Notes under the pieces: generated by a model
What the model was told of the DNA's origin: nothing
Databases searched by the model: none
What the model saw: only the letters and a program-made list of their open reading frames with translations
Assembly: GCA_041919915.1 (NCBI GenBank)
Contig: JAYRSY010000006.1
Span: forward strand, 35,238 to 99,237
Direction of reading: 5' to 3'
From: Lysobacteraceae bacterium
GTDB taxonomy: Bacteria; Pseudomonadota; Gammaproteobacteria; Xanthomonadales; Xanthomonadaceae
Length of the DNA stretch: 64,000 nt
Part shown: positions 1-9,859 of the stretch, one piece after another
Layout: each line of letters starts with the position of its first letter
How positions within the stretch are numbered: position 1 is the first letter of the stretch
Made by a program: the position numbers and the translations under genes

Positions 1-1
1 C

Positions 2-964
2 GCGCTGCGTGCCGCGACCAGAATCGCGCTGCGACGTCTCGGCGACGCGGTCGATGATGCCGACGCGCTGCCGACGGGCTACGCCGAAACCGACCCGGTC
101 GCACTGGAGGTCGCCCTGACCCAGTGGCGCGAGTTTCTCGTTCGCGCCGTGCGCGCGCCGCGGACGACGATCGCGACCGGGATCGATCCGGCCGCGTTCG
201 GTCTCGCATCAGGAAGCGGCGCGGCGTTCGTGCACGAGGTCGAACGTTTCGCGGATACGGTGCTGGAAGCGCTGGGCCGCAACGCCTATCTCGATCGGCT
301 CGACGACGTGCGCGACGGCCGCGATCCGCTGCTGGCGGGTCTGGCGATCGAGGAATTCCACGTAACCCGCCGCTTCGTCGAGATCATCGCGCCGATGCTC
401 TGCAAGCGGCTGCCGAAGGATCTGCGCGCGCTCATGTTCCGGTACTACGCCGAGGAAGTGGGGCACGAAGTCTTCGAGGAAGACACCTGCATGGCGCACG
501 GCGTTCCGCGCGAGGCGCTGCACGCCAGTCTGCCGTTGCCGCTGCACGCGACCTTCGTCGATGCGTTCACGCTGGTGGCGCAGCGGCGTCCGATCGCGTT
601 CCTGTGTGCGGTGATGGTGACCGAAGGGCTGTTCGCGCGACAGTCACCGCTCGGCGACCGCGTCATCGCGCTGACCGAAGGATTGACCGCCGTGCGCGAG
701 GTCTGCACGCGTCACAACGAACTCAACGACTGTCTGCATCACGACACCATCACCCGGCATGCCCTGGGTCGCATCGAAGCCTTGTCCGTGGAGGACAAGG
801 TCGACGCGCTGCGCGATCTGGCGCTGCTGCTCGAACTCAATGCACGGACGTGGGAGGATCTTGGCGCGTTCTACGGCGCGTCGCCGACGCTGGCGTTGCA
901 CGGTTTCCTCGGACGACGGATCGAAGTGCCGCGTGGACACGACGCAGCGTTCGCCGGGGTTTGA
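2..964 (+). CDS. heme-oxygenase-like / iron-containing redox enzyme family protein (5' end probably outside window)
   Basis: The frame is open from the window edge to the stop at 962-964 (ORF track 149..964). YYAEEVGHEVFEED and RHNELNDCLHHD look like the Glu/His ligand helices of Haem_oxygenas_2-type (CADD/PqqC-like) proteins. By eye only. Confidence 0.45.
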   Translation, partial: ALRAATRIALRRLGDAVDDADALPTGYAETDPVALEVALTQWREFLVRAVRAPRTTIATGIDPAAFGLASGSGAAFVHEVERFADTVLEALGRNAYLDRLDDVRDGRDPLLAGLAIEEFHVTRRFVEIIAPMLCKRLPKDLRALMFRYYAEEVGHEVFEEDTCMAHGVPREALHASLPLPLHATFVDAFTLVAQRRPIAFLCAVMVTEGLFARQSPLGDRVIALTEGLTAVREVCTRHNELNDCLHHDTITRHALGRIEALSVEDKVDALRDLALLLELNARTWEDLGAFYGASPTLALHGFLGRRIEVPRGHDAAFAGV

Positions 965-2189
965 GCGCTACTGCCGCACGATCAACCCGTACTGGGGCGA
1001 GCTGCTGTCCTCGCTGCGTCTGGATCGCCCCTGGATCGATGCGCGCGGGTGCTGGTTGATCGACGATCTCGGACGCCGTTATCTCGATCTGTCGGCGGGC
1101 TTCGGGACTGCGGTGTTCGGTCACCGTCCACCGGCGCTGCGACGCGCGTTGCGTCGCGGCCTGAGTGGCCGCGGCACCTCGGTCGTCGCGTTCGGTTGGT
1201 CTGCGGACGCGGCCGAGGTGGCCGAGCGTCTGCTCGCGTTGGCCGGCGCGGCCCTGGGCAAGGCGCAGTTCTTTTCGACAGGCGCGGAAGCGATCGAAGC
1301 GGCGGTGAAGTTCGCGACGGTCGTCACTGGACGACCCGGCGTGCTCAGCGTCGCGGGTGGCTTCCATGGCCTCACCGGCGTCGCCACGGCGCTGGCCGGG
1401 GGAGGGCCCTGGCGCGAAGGCGTCGCGATGCCGTTCGCGACGATCGAAGCGCTGCCCGCGCTCGACCCTGAAGCCGTGCGCGCGCGTCTCGCGCGCGGCG
1501 ATGTCGCCGCGGTGGTGCTCGAACCGATCCAGCACATGGCCGGCATGCGCGAACAGGACGGCGACGCGCTGGCGGCGCTCGCCGACGCCTGTGGCCGCAC
1601 CGGCACGCTGCTGATCCTGGACGAAGTGATGAGCGGGCTGGGACGCAGCGGGCGCTGGTTCGCGTTCCAGCATCATCCGGCATTGTCGCGACCGGACATG
1701 GTGGTGCTTTCGAAAGCGCTGACCGGCGGCCTGGTGCCGGTATCCGCGCTGTTGTGCACCGATGCGGTCTTCGATGCGATGTTCTCCGCGCCCGGCCGCG
1801 CCAAGATCCATGGCGCGACGTTCGCGGGCAATCCGCTGGCGATGACCTGCGCGCGCGCGGCGCTCGACGAGGCCGCGCGCCTCGACGCCTGCGCCCGCGC
1901 GACCGCGGCCGGCGACGCGTTCCGCGAGCTTCTGGTCCGGTTCGATCCTGCAGGACGTCTGCGGCTCCATGGGCGCGGGCTGCTGCTCGCGGTGACGCCC
2001 GAAGGACTCTCGCCGCGGCAGCAGAACACGTTCTGGTGGGCGTTGCGCGATCGCGGTGTGCTGCTAGCGCCGGCCACGCATCGCCCGGGCAGCTTCGTGA
2101 TGACGCCCGCGCTGACGATCTCGACAGCGCAACTGCGGCTGGCGGCGAGGTGTCTGCGCGATGCGCTGAAGGTTGCCGATGCCGGCTGA
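933..2189 (+). CDS. class-III (acetylornithine/GABA-type) PLP-dependent aminotransferase
   Basis: ORF 759..2189. It contains LDLSAGFGTAVFGH, a GFHG segment, ILDEVMSGLGRSGRWF and SKALTGG (PLP lysine). GTG at 933 gives about 418 aa; the start is uncertain and overlaps the upstream gene by 32 nt. Confidence 0.8.
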   Translation: MDTTQRSPGFERYCRTINPYWGELLSSLRLDRPWIDARGCWLIDDLGRRYLDLSAGFGTAVFGHRPPALRRALRRGLSGRGTSVVAFGWSADAAEVAERLLALAGAALGKAQFFSTGAEAIEAAVKFATVVTGRPGVLSVAGGFHGLTGVATALAGGGPWREGVAMPFATIEALPALDPEAVRARLARGDVAAVVLEPIQHMAGMREQDGDALAALADACGRTGTLLILDEVMSGLGRSGRWFAFQHHPALSRPDMVVLSKALTGGLVPVSALLCTDAVFDAMFSAPGRAKIHGATFAGNPLAMTCARAALDEAARLDACARATAAGDAFRELLVRFDPAGRLRLHGRGLLLAVTPEGLSPRQQNTFWWALRDRGVLLAPATHRPGSFVMTPALTISTAQLRLAARCLRDALKVADAG

Positions 2190-2224
2190 TCGGCCACGCG
2201 GCACCCGATCGGTCCGCGCGTAGC

Positions 2225-3949
2225 TCAGCGTGCCGGCTGCATCAGCGCCTGCAGCAGCGCCCGCAATTCCGCCTTGTCGTCGTCGTCGAGACCGGTCTCG
2301 CGCTGTTTCGCCTGCAGCTCGTCGATCCTTTGCTGCACGGTCTGCCGTTCCAGCTGGGTCATGGCATCGAGGAATTCCTCCTGCCATTTGGCCTCCTCGC
2401 CGGGCATGTCCTGCGAGGCGAGTTTCTGCAGCGCCGCGAGCTCTTCGCGATCCGCGAAGTGTTCGAGCACGCCGCCGGTGGTGATGTCCGGGCGACTGCG
2501 CACCAGCGACACCAGTTCGGCCAGCAACGGCACGCCGGGTTGGCGCAGGGCGCTGAATCCGTAGGGCGGCTGCAGGGTCGACGCCAGCGCCGGGCGCTGC
2601 AGCAGCAGCGCGATCGCGCTGCGGACGAGGCTGCGCTTCTGCGTCTGCGCGGGTAGCGGACGCGTGCGCGAGGGCGGAGGCGGCGTGTTGCCGCGTGCGC
2701 CGACGCCGGTGAGCTCGGTCAGCCGCTGGCGCATCAGATCGCCGAACGCGCCGTCGGGAATCTGCGCGAGCAGCGGTTTCGCGCGCTCGGCCAGACGCGC
2801 CTTGCCGTCGAGCGTGCCGAGATTCACGTCCTTCGCCAGTTCGTCGAAGAAGAACGTCGACAACGGCGTGGCGTCGCGCAGGCGCGCATCGAATCCTTCG
2901 CGGCCTTCGCTGCGCACCAGCGTGTCCGGATCTTCGCCGTCGGGCAGGAACAGGAAGAACGCCTGGCGTCCGTCCTTCATTCGCGGCAACACCGATTCCA
3001 TCGCCTTGCCGGCGGCGCGCCGCCCTGCGGCATCGCCGTCGAAGCAGAAATACACGTCGGGCGCGTTGCGGAACAGCAGTTCGGCGTGGTCGGGCGTGGT
3101 CGCGGTACCGAGCGTGGCGACGGCCTGGGGGATGCCGTGCTGGAACAGCGCGATCACGTCCATGTAGCCTTCGACCACGATCAGGCGTTCGATCTTCGGA
3201 TTCGCCTGCCGCACCTGCCACAGGCCGTAGAGTTCGCGGCCCTTGTGGAACAGCGCGGTCTCCGGCGAGTTGAGATATTTCGGGCCGTCGTCCTTCTGCA
3301 GCACGCGACCGCCGAACGCGATCGTGCGTCCGCGCCGGTCGTGGATCGGGAACATCACCCGGTCGCGGAACTTGTCGTAGACGTGGCCCTTGTCGTTCTT
3401 CGAGAACAGGCCGACGCGTTCCAGCAGTTTCATCCGGCGTTCGTCGGTGCCGAGCGCATCGCGCAGCGCCGAGAATCCGTCCGGCGCGTAGCCCAGCCCG
3501 AACTGCGCGCGGATCGCCGCGCTCACCCCGCGACGCTCGAAATAATCCAGCGCCTTCGGGGTCGCCGCGAGCTGGCGCTGGAAGAAGGTGTTCGCCGCTT
3601 CCAGCGCGGCATACTGGTCGACGCTGTCGGGATTGACGTTGCGCTGCTGGGTGTCGCGCGGGATCTCCATCCCGACGCGCTTCGCCAGTTCGTCGACCGC
3701 ATCGAGGAATTCGAGGCGGTCGTAATTCATCAGGAAGCTGATCGCGGTGCCGTGCGCGCCGCAGCCGAAGCAGTGGTAGAACTGCTTGGTCGGCGACACC
3801 GTGAACGAGGGCGAGCGCTCGTCGTGGAACGGGCAACGCGCCGAATACTCGCGCCCCTGGCGCTTCAAGGGCACGCGCGACCCGATCAGCTCGACGATAT
3901 CGGTGCGAGCGAGCAGATCGTCGATGAAGGCGTCGGGGATGCGGGCCAT
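2225..3949 (-). CDS. dnaG: DNA primase
   Basis: ORF 2225..3970. MARIPDAFIDDLLARTDIV aligns with the E. coli DnaG N-terminus, and the zinc finger CPFHDERSPSFTV...YHCFGCGAHG and a TOPRIM region are present. Start taken at Met8. Confidence 0.95.
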   Translation of the reverse strand: MARIPDAFIDDLLARTDIVELIGSRVPLKRQGREYSARCPFHDERSPSFTVSPTKQFYHCFGCGAHGTAISFLMNYDRLEFLDAVDELAKRVGMEIPRDTQQRNVNPDSVDQYAALEAANTFFQRQLAATPKALDYFERRGVSAAIRAQFGLGYAPDGFSALRDALGTDERRMKLLERVGLFSKNDKGHVYDKFRDRVMFPIHDRRGRTIAFGGRVLQKDDGPKYLNSPETALFHKGRELYGLWQVRQANPKIERLIVVEGYMDVIALFQHGIPQAVATLGTATTPDHAELLFRNAPDVYFCFDGDAAGRRAAGKAMESVLPRMKDGRQAFFLFLPDGEDPDTLVRSEGREGFDARLRDATPLSTFFFDELAKDVNLGTLDGKARLAERAKPLLAQIPDGAFGDLMRQRLTELTGVGARGNTPPPPSRTRPLPAQTQKRSLVRSAIALLLQRPALASTLQPPYGFSALRQPGVPLLAELVSLVRSRPDITTGGVLEHFADREELAALQKLASQDMPGEEAKWQEEFLDAMTQLERQTVQQRIDELQAKQRETGLDDDDKAELRALLQALMQPAR

Positions 3950-4134
3950 GTGCGGGTCGGGAACGGGCACCGGCAGTGTATCAGGGGGCGATGTCTCATC
4001 CGGGTGTCCGGGCGGTTGCCGGGCTCTCGGTGTGCCCGGGCATCAGGGGGCATCGTGGTGCGCCGATCGGTTGACGCGAACTTTTGCCGTCCGGAATAGT
4101 CTGTGCCCCAACCTCATCCACGGAAGCGTCGTCC

Positions 4135-5973
4135 ATGTCGTCAATGTCCCGGATCGCCACGGCGTCCGCCCGTTCGTCGGTGCGGTGTCAAGCCCGGATC
4201 GTCCGGAGCCTGCGACCGCTCGCCTGCGCGGCGCTGCTTGTCGGCGCCGTGCAGGGCCACGTTCACGCGCAGTCGACGGCGCCGTCTCCTTCGGCGGAGC
4301 TGTACGAGAAGGTATCGGTCAATCGCAATCGCCACTCGGGCATCATCTGGGGCGACAATCCGGCCTCCGCGGAAGAGATCCGCGACATCATCCGCACGCT
4401 CGAATCCGATCTGACGGTGATGGACGAGCCGTTGCCGAGCGAGCTCGCCGAAGGCAACACCTATCTGCGGTATCGCCGCTACAACATTCTCGTGGATCTG
4501 GTGCGGCTGCATGCGCGCATCGGCGAGAGCGATCGCGCGCTGGCGCGCTGGCGCGAGCTGATGACGTTCCAATGGTCGGCCCGGCCGGGGGCGCTGCAGA
4601 AGACGGTCGACGGGACGGGCACGGGTGCCGGCGACGTCGCGATCCGGTCGCTGAAGGAACTGCCCGGATACGCGGAGATCGCAAGGCAGAATCGGGTCGC
4701 CGAATGGTGGTCGAACGCGCCGTCGCTCCGCACCGCGCACCGTGCGCAACTGCCTGTCGACGAGCGGATCGCGGGCGTTTCGCTGATCTGGAGCAAGGCC
4801 CGCGATGGCTTCGTGTGGTTCGATCACGTGCCTGATCTCGACTGGGATCGGGCCTACCGCGAGACCCTGGCCGAGGCCATCGCCGCACCGGACACGCTCG
4901 CCTATTACCGGGTGCTGGAACGCTTCGTGGCACGCCTGCAGGATGGCCATTCGAACGTCTATCTGCCGGAGCCGCTGCGCTCACATCAGGCCCGTCCCGG
5001 GCTGCGCACGCGCATGGTCGAGGGCAAGGTGGTGGTGGTCTCGATTTCGGACGAGGGGCTGGTGGAAGCGGGCCTGAAGGTCGGCGATGAGCTGCTGGCG
5101 ATCGATGGACAACCGGTCCGCGACTACGCAGAGCGCACGATCCGGCCCTACGTCGGGGCGTCCACCCCGCAGGACATGGCGGTACGCATGTTCGAGTACC
5201 GATTGCTCGCCGGCGAAGAGGCGAAGCCGGCGGCACTGCGATTCTCCGACGCGAACGGCCGGACGTTCGACATCGCCGCGCCACGGTCCGGCTATCGCAC
5301 CGGACCGAAACCCGCGGACGTGCCGCTGTTCCGCCTGCGCGACGACGGCATCGCGGTCCTGCGTGCGGCCCAGTTCGAGAACGATGCGTCTGCGCGTGCC
5401 CTGGGCGAATCCTTCGCGCAGATGGGCAACGCCAGGGGGCTGATCGTCGATCTGAGGGGGAACGGCGGCGGAAACACGTCGCATGGGTTGAAGATCCTGG
5501 CGCATCTCACCCGGGGGCGCATCCCGTCGATGCGCTCCTACTATCGAGAGAACATCCCCTTCGGCGCCGCGTCGAGCAGTGTCCCCTCGGACACCTGGCG
5601 CAGGATCCTCGAGTCGGACAGTGCGTCGACCGAAACGCGGCAGTTCGATGGGCCGGTCGTCGTGCTGATCGACGCACGCACGTTTTCCGCCGCCGAAGAC
5701 ACCGCGGCGATCTTCAGGTTGATGCGACGCGGGACCATCATCGGCATGCCCAGCGGCGGCAGCACCGGGCAGCCGTTGCTGTTCGGCCTGCCGGGCGGCG
5801 GCAAGGCGCGCATCTGCGTCAAGCGCGACACCTATCCGGATGGCACCACGTTCGTCGGCAGCGGCGTGCAGCCGGACATCGAAGTCGCCGAAACGATCGA
5901 GGACATCCGAACGGGGCGCGATGGCGCGTTCGATCGCGCCGTCGCCGAGATCCTCGGATCGCGTCCGCGTTGA
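4135..5973 (+). CDS. S41 family peptidase (C-terminal-processing/tricorn-core-like) with PDZ segment, secreted
   Basis: ORF 4084..5973. Hydrophobic N-terminus [19 protein letters not shown]-like [16 protein letters not shown], and [12 protein letters not shown] plus TFSAAED motifs typical of S41. The start (4135 or 4144) is uncertain. Confidence 0.75.
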   Translation: MSSMSRIATASARSSVRCQARIVRSLRPLACAALLVGAVQGHVHAQSTAPSPSAELYEKVSVNRNRHSGIIWGDNPASAEEIRDIIRTLESDLTVMDEPLPSELAEGNTYLRYRRYNILVDLVRLHARIGESDRALARWRELMTFQWSARPGALQKTVDGTGTGAGDVAIRSLKELPGYAEIARQNRVAEWWSNAPSLRTAHRAQLPVDERIAGVSLIWSKARDGFVWFDHVPDLDWDRAYRETLAEAIAAPDTLAYYRVLERFVARLQDGHSNVYLPEPLRSHQARPGLRTRMVEGKVVVVSISDEGLVEAGLKVGDELLAIDGQPVRDYAERTIRPYVGASTPQDMAVRMFEYRLLAGEEAKPAALRFSDANGRTFDIAAPRSGYRTGPKPADVPLFRLRDDGIAVLRAAQFENDASARALGESFAQMGNARGLIVDLRGNGGGNTSHGLKILAHLTRGRIPSMRSYYRENIPFGAASSSVPSDTWRRILESDSASTETRQFDGPVVVLIDARTFSAAEDTAAIFRLMRRGTIIGMPSGGSTGQPLLFGLPGGGKARICVKRDTYPDGTTFVGSGVQPDIEVAETIEDIRTGRDGAFDRAVAEILGSRPR

Positions 5974-5993
5974 GCGCATCGTTCCCGGACAGC

Positions 5994-6022
5994 GAAACGC
6001 CCCGGACATGCCGGGGCGTTTC
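5994..6022. terminator. bidirectional stem-loop between convergent genes
   Basis: GAAACGCCCCGG-acatg-CCGGGGCGTTTC, a perfect 12-bp stem located 20 nt after the S41 peptidase stop. Confidence 0.7.
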
Positions 6023-6027
6023 GCGTT

Positions 6028-6270
6028 TCAGTCCCTGAAAGAAGTCGTGACGTTCGACGCCTTCGTAACGGCCGCTGCCGAGGCAGCAATGTTTTGAACC
6101 TCCGCAGCGAGCCGCACGGACAGGGATCGTTGCGCCCCAGCTTCTCGACGAGTTCCTTGTCGCCGTGGACGAAGCGGCGGCCGCGTTTCACCCGGGTTTC
6201 GGAGGGGAAGCCCCTGCGGCGCTTACTGGTGACCTCGAAAGCACGGGTCGTGGAAGGGGTTGCGTTTCAT
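6028..6270 (-). pseudogene. small SEC-C (CPC...HCC) zinc-motif protein gene, coding signal split over three frames
   Basis: GGAGG plus ATG at 6270 gives only [15 protein letters not shown]-stop. The +1 frame (ORF 5832..6191) reads [29 protein letters not shown]. The +2 frame continues [19 protein letters not shown]. Only the ATG frame stops (6028-6030) before the terminator. Confidence 0.4.
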
Positions 6271-6316
6271 GTGACACCTCCTGCAACGGCGGCCCGGGAT
6301 GGGCCGCGGAAAACGA

Positions 6317-6823
6317 TCAGGATTCGCGATACTGCGCGGCCAGCGCCTTCAACGCGTCGCCGGTCACGCGCTGCACCGTCCATTCGTCCATGCCCACCGC
6401 GCCGAGGCGGCGGTAGAAATCGATGGCGGGCGTATTCCAGTCCAGCACCCACCACTCGAACCGGCCGCAGTCGCGTTCGACGGCGATCTGCGCCAGCCGC
6501 ACCATCAATCGCTTGCCGAGGCCGAGACCGCGGTACTGCGGGCGCACGAACAGGTCTTCGAGATACAGCCCGGGCTTGCCGAGAAAGGTCGAAAAATTAT
6601 GGAAGAACAGGGCGAAACCGGCGGGTACGCCGTCGACTTCCGCGATCAACGCCTCGGCGTAGGGGGGCTCGCCGAACAGGCGCGCGGCGAGCCCGGCCTC
6701 GTCGGCGACGACTTCGTGGGCGAGCTGTTCGTACTCGGCCAGCTCCCGGATGAAGGTCAGCATCTGCCCGGCGTCCTCGCGGACGGCCGGGCGGATGACG
6801 ATGGTGGGCGGTGTGTCGGTCAT
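6317..6823 (-). CDS. GNAT family N-acetyltransferase (diamine acetyltransferase-like)
   Basis: ORF 6317..6823. The acetyl-CoA binding motif RPQYRGLGLGKRLM is present, and the overall layout resembles spermidine/spermine-type GNATs. Confidence 0.8.
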   Translation of the reverse strand: MTDTPPTIVIRPAVREDAGQMLTFIRELAEYEQLAHEVVADEAGLAARLFGEPPYAEALIAEVDGVPAGFALFFHNFSTFLGKPGLYLEDLFVRPQYRGLGLGKRLMVRLAQIAVERDCGRFEWWVLDWNTPAIDFYRRLGAVGMDEWTVQRVTGDALKALAAQYRES

Positions 6824-6845
6824 CGCGGTGTGCCCTTCGCGGAGA

Positions 6846-7292
6846 TCAGCCGGCCAGACGCTGCTTGATCAGCTTCGAGACTTCGCCCATGTCCGCCTGA
6901 CCGGCCAGACGCGGCTTGAGCACGCCCATCAGCTTGCCCATGTCTGCCGGGCCCGAGGCGCCGGTCTCGGTCACGGCGGCCTCGATCGCGGCGCGGATCT
7001 CGGCTTCGCCCAGCTTCGCCGGCAGATACTGCTCGATGATCGCCATCTCCGCGCGCTCGATCGAGGCGAGGTCGTCGCGGCCGGCCTTGTCGTACTGTTC
7101 GATCGAGTCCTTGCGCTGTTTGACCATCTTCTCGAGCACCGCCAGCACGCGGGCATCGTCCATCTCGACGCGCTCGTCGACTTCCTTCTGCTTGATCGCG
7201 GCGTTGATCAGGCGGATGGTGGCCAGGCGTTCCTTCTCGCCGGCCTTCATCGCGGTCTTCATGTCGTCGGTGAGGCGTTGTTTGAGGCTCAT
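6846..7292 (-). CDS. GatB/YqeY domain-containing protein
   Basis: ORF 6846..7385 with the start taken at Met32. MSLKQRLTDDMKTAMKAGEKERLATIRLINAAIKQKEVD is typical of YqeY, and the gene sits directly downstream of rpsU. Confidence 0.85.
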   Translation of the reverse strand: MSLKQRLTDDMKTAMKAGEKERLATIRLINAAIKQKEVDERVEMDDARVLAVLEKMVKQRKDSIEQYDKAGRDDLASIERAEMAIIEQYLPAKLGEAEIRAAIEAAVTETGASGPADMGKLMGVLKPRLAGQADMGEVSKLIKQRLAG

Positions 7293-7380
7293 GGTGTCGC
7301 TCCGTGGTACGCGACCCGCAGGCGCGGGCCGGAATGAAAGGGATTGCGCGGATCGTGTGCATCGAATCGCGTGCATCGGA

Positions 7381-7417
7381 AACACAAAAAGCCGGCTGCG
7401 CAGAGCGCGGCCGGCTT
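7381..7417 (-). terminator. intrinsic terminator downstream of rpsU
   Basis: On the minus strand: AAGCCGGC-cgcgctctgcgca-GCCGGCTT followed by TTTGTGTTT. Confidence 0.65.
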
Positions 7418-7475
7418 CGGGATTCGCTGTGGGCCGCGACCGTGGGGCCGCGTCAGGAATCGGGTGTACTGGTGA

Positions 7476-7691
7476 TCAGTACAGGCGCTGACGCTTGGTG
7501 GCGTCGCGCGAGGTGCGACGCGCCTGGCGCTTCACCGCCGCAGCCGCCTTGCGCTTGCGCTCCTGGGTCGGCTTTTCGTAGAACTCGCGCTTACGGACTT
7601 CGGCGAGCACGCCGGCCTTTTCGCAGGTGCGCTTGAAGCGACGCAGGGCAAACTCGAACGGCTCGTTTTCGCGGACTTTGACGCTGGGCAT
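7476..7691 (-). CDS. rpsU: 30S ribosomal protein S21
   Basis: ORF 7476..7769 with the start taken at Met27. [42 protein letters not shown]..., 71 aa. Confidence 0.95.
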   Translation of the reverse strand: MPSVKVRENEPFEFALRRFKRTCEKAGVLAEVRKREFYEKPTQERKRKAAAAVKRQARRTSRDATKRQRLY

Positions 7692-7851
7692 AGGAGTCTC
7701 GATGGATTGGGACCGGCCCGAAGACCGGGCGAGCCGCGCATCATAACGGCCCGCCCCCCGCCCGCGCAAGATCGGGCTGGGCGGGGCGGGACGGGGCGCC
7801 GGCGGGGGCAGGGTAAGCTATGCGCCCTTTCCCTCGTCCTCCCGCCCGCCC

Positions 7852-8898
7852 GTGAAGGTTCTCGGTATCGAAACCAGCTGCGACGAGACCGGCGTGGCCG
7901 TGTACGACACGGCCCGGCCCGGTGCGGCAGGACTGCGGGCGCATGCGGTCTACAGCCAGATCGCCCTCCACGCCGAATACGGCGGGGTGGTGCCGGAACT
8001 GGCCAGCCGCGACCACGTGCGCAAGCTGGTCCCGTTGATCCGCCAGACCCTGGCCGAGGCCGGAATGGCCGTCCGCGACCTCGACGGGGTGGCCTACACC
8101 GCCGGCCCCGGTCTGGTGGGGGCGTTGCTGGTCGGGGCCGGCGTGGCACGGTCGCTGGCCTGGGCCCTGGATCTCCCGGCCGTGGGCGTCCACCACATGG
8201 AAGGCCACCTGCTGGCGCCCCTGATGGAAGACGATCCGCCGGCGCCGCCGTTCGTCGCGCTGCTGGTCTCCGGCGGCCACAGCCAACTGGTCGCGGTGGA
8301 TGCCATCGGTCGCTACCGGCTGCTTGGCGACACCCTCGACGATGCCGCCGGCGAAGCCTTCGACAAATCGGCCAAGCTGATGGGCCTGCCGTATCCCGGT
8401 GGTCCGCAACTGGCGGCGCTGGCGCAGCAGGGCACCCAGGGCCGGTTCCGGTTTCCGCGGCCGATGACCGACCGTCCCGGGCTGGATTTCAGTTTCAGCG
8501 GTCTGAAGACCCGGGTCCTGCTGGCCTGGCGCGATTCGGATCAGAGCGACACGACCCGCGCCGATATCGCCCGCGGTTTCGAGGATGCTGTCGTGGACAC
8601 GCTGGCGATCAAGTGTGAGCGCGCGCTGGAAGCCTCCGGTGCGAACGTGCTGGTGGTCGCCGGCGGCGTCGGCGCGAACCGACGCCTGCGCGAGAAGCTG
8701 CATGCGATGGCGACGAAGCGCGGCGGCCGGGTCTGCTTCCCGCGCCCGGAACTGTGCACCGACAACGGCGCGATGATCGCCTTCGCCGGCGCATTGCGCC
8801 TGCAGGCCGGTCAGCGCAGCGATGCCTCGGTGCATGTCGTGCCGCGTTGGGATATGGCAACCTTGCCGGCGGTCGAGCCCGGAGTCGTGAATGGATAA
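7852..8898 (+). CDS. tsaD: tRNA N6-adenosine threonylcarbamoyltransferase
   Basis: [19 protein letters not shown]-terminus (GTG start), the HHMEGH metal motif, and 348 aa. Confidence 0.93.
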   Translation: MKVLGIETSCDETGVAVYDTARPGAAGLRAHAVYSQIALHAEYGGVVPELASRDHVRKLVPLIRQTLAEAGMAVRDLDGVAYTAGPGLVGALLVGAGVARSLAWALDLPAVGVHHMEGHLLAPLMEDDPPAPPFVALLVSGGHSQLVAVDAIGRYRLLGDTLDDAAGEAFDKSAKLMGLPYPGGPQLAALAQQGTQGRFRFPRPMTDRPGLDFSFSGLKTRVLLAWRDSDQSDTTRADIARGFEDAVVDTLAIKCERALEASGANVLVVAGGVGANRRLREKLHAMATKRGGRVCFPRPELCTDNGAMIAFAGALRLQAGQRSDASVHVVPRWDMATLPAVEPGVVNG

Positions 8899-9244
8899 GG
8901 TGTTCATCGAAGCCCTCGAAATCGAGGCCCTGATCGGGATCTACGACTGGGAGCGGCGGATCCGCCAGCCGCTGTTGTTCGACATCGAGATGGCCTTCGA
9001 CAACCGCGTGCCCGCGGCCAGCGACGACATCGCCGATACGCTCGACTACAAGGCCGTGAGCAAACGTCTGGTCGAGTACGTGTCGCAGTCTTCGTTCGGA
9101 CTGGTGGAGACGCTCGCCGAGCGCTGCGCGGAGATCGTCCTGGCCGAGTTCGGCGTGTCGCACGTCCGCCTGAAACTGAGCAAGCCCGGTGCGGTGCGCG
9201 GTGCGCGCGCGGTGGGCGTGCTGATCGAGCGCGGTCGCGGTTGA
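8891..9244 (+). CDS. folB: dihydroneopterin aldolase
   Basis: [22 protein letters not shown]..., 117 aa. It overlaps the tsaD end by 8 nt and is followed by folK. Confidence 0.85.
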   Translation: MDKVFIEALEIEALIGIYDWERRIRQPLLFDIEMAFDNRVPAASDDIADTLDYKAVSKRLVEYVSQSSFGLVETLAERCAEIVLAEFGVSHVRLKLSKPGAVRGARAVGVLIERGRG

Positions 9245-9245
9245 C

Positions 9246-9743
9246 ATGGGGCATGCCTTTCTCAGCCTCGGCAGCAACATCGACGCGGAGCGGAACCTCC
9301 GCTCCGCCTTCGCGGCGCTGCGCGAACGTTTCGGCGACGTCGTCGGGTCGAAGGTGTACCGGTTCGCCGCCGTCGGTTTCGATGGTCCGGATTTCCTCAA
9401 CGCGGCCGCGGTGATCGACAGCGATCTCGATCCGTTCGCGCTCAACGACTGGCTGCACGCGCTGGAGGACGCGCACGGGCGCGATCGCAGCGGGCCGCGG
9501 TTCGGCGATCGTCCGTTGGACATCGACATCGTGTTCTACGACGCCCTCGTGCTGGACGGCCCCGGGCATCTGCAGTTGCCGCGCGACGAACTGCGGCACG
9601 CGTTCGTGCTGAAGCCGTTGGCGGACATCGCCCCGGACTTCGTCGATCCGCGCAGCGGGCGCACGCTTGCGGCGCTTTGGGCCGCGTCGATGGAGCGCGA
9701 CGCCGCGTGCGCGATCGTGTTCGATCCATCGGCATCGCGTTGA
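9246..9743 (+). CDS. folK: 2-amino-4-hydroxy-6-hydroxymethyldihydropteridine diphosphokinase
   Basis: AFLSLGSNIDAERNL... and GPRFGDRPLDIDIVFYD are HPPK motifs; 165 aa. Confidence 0.88.
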   Translation: MGHAFLSLGSNIDAERNLRSAFAALRERFGDVVGSKVYRFAAVGFDGPDFLNAAAVIDSDLDPFALNDWLHALEDAHGRDRSGPRFGDRPLDIDIVFYDALVLDGPGHLQLPRDELRHAFVLKPLADIAPDFVDPRSGRTLAALWAASMERDAACAIVFDPSASR

Positions 9744-9859
9744 CGGTCGGCGCGCCTGCAATGTTATTCCGTACGGGGTGACTTCCTGCGCTTGTGCGGC
9801 GCGGGTGCGAACGTCACGATGACGCCTCCACACACCGTGTCCTCCGGAGGGCGCAGGCG

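Noticed and set aside
759-932. N-terminal 58 aa of track ORF 759..2189 (MPWVASKPCPW...).
   Set aside because: It lies inside the better-supported upstream ORF in another frame and shows no aminotransferase similarity. GTG at 933 gives a normal-length enzyme.
6220-6230. Programmed +1 ribosomal frameshift (RF2-like) at the TAA that ends the 15-codon ORF.
   Set aside because: The slippery context is absent (CAG-TAA-G cannot re-pair in +1). Two further frame changes would still be needed, so a pseudogene or indel errors is the simpler explanation.
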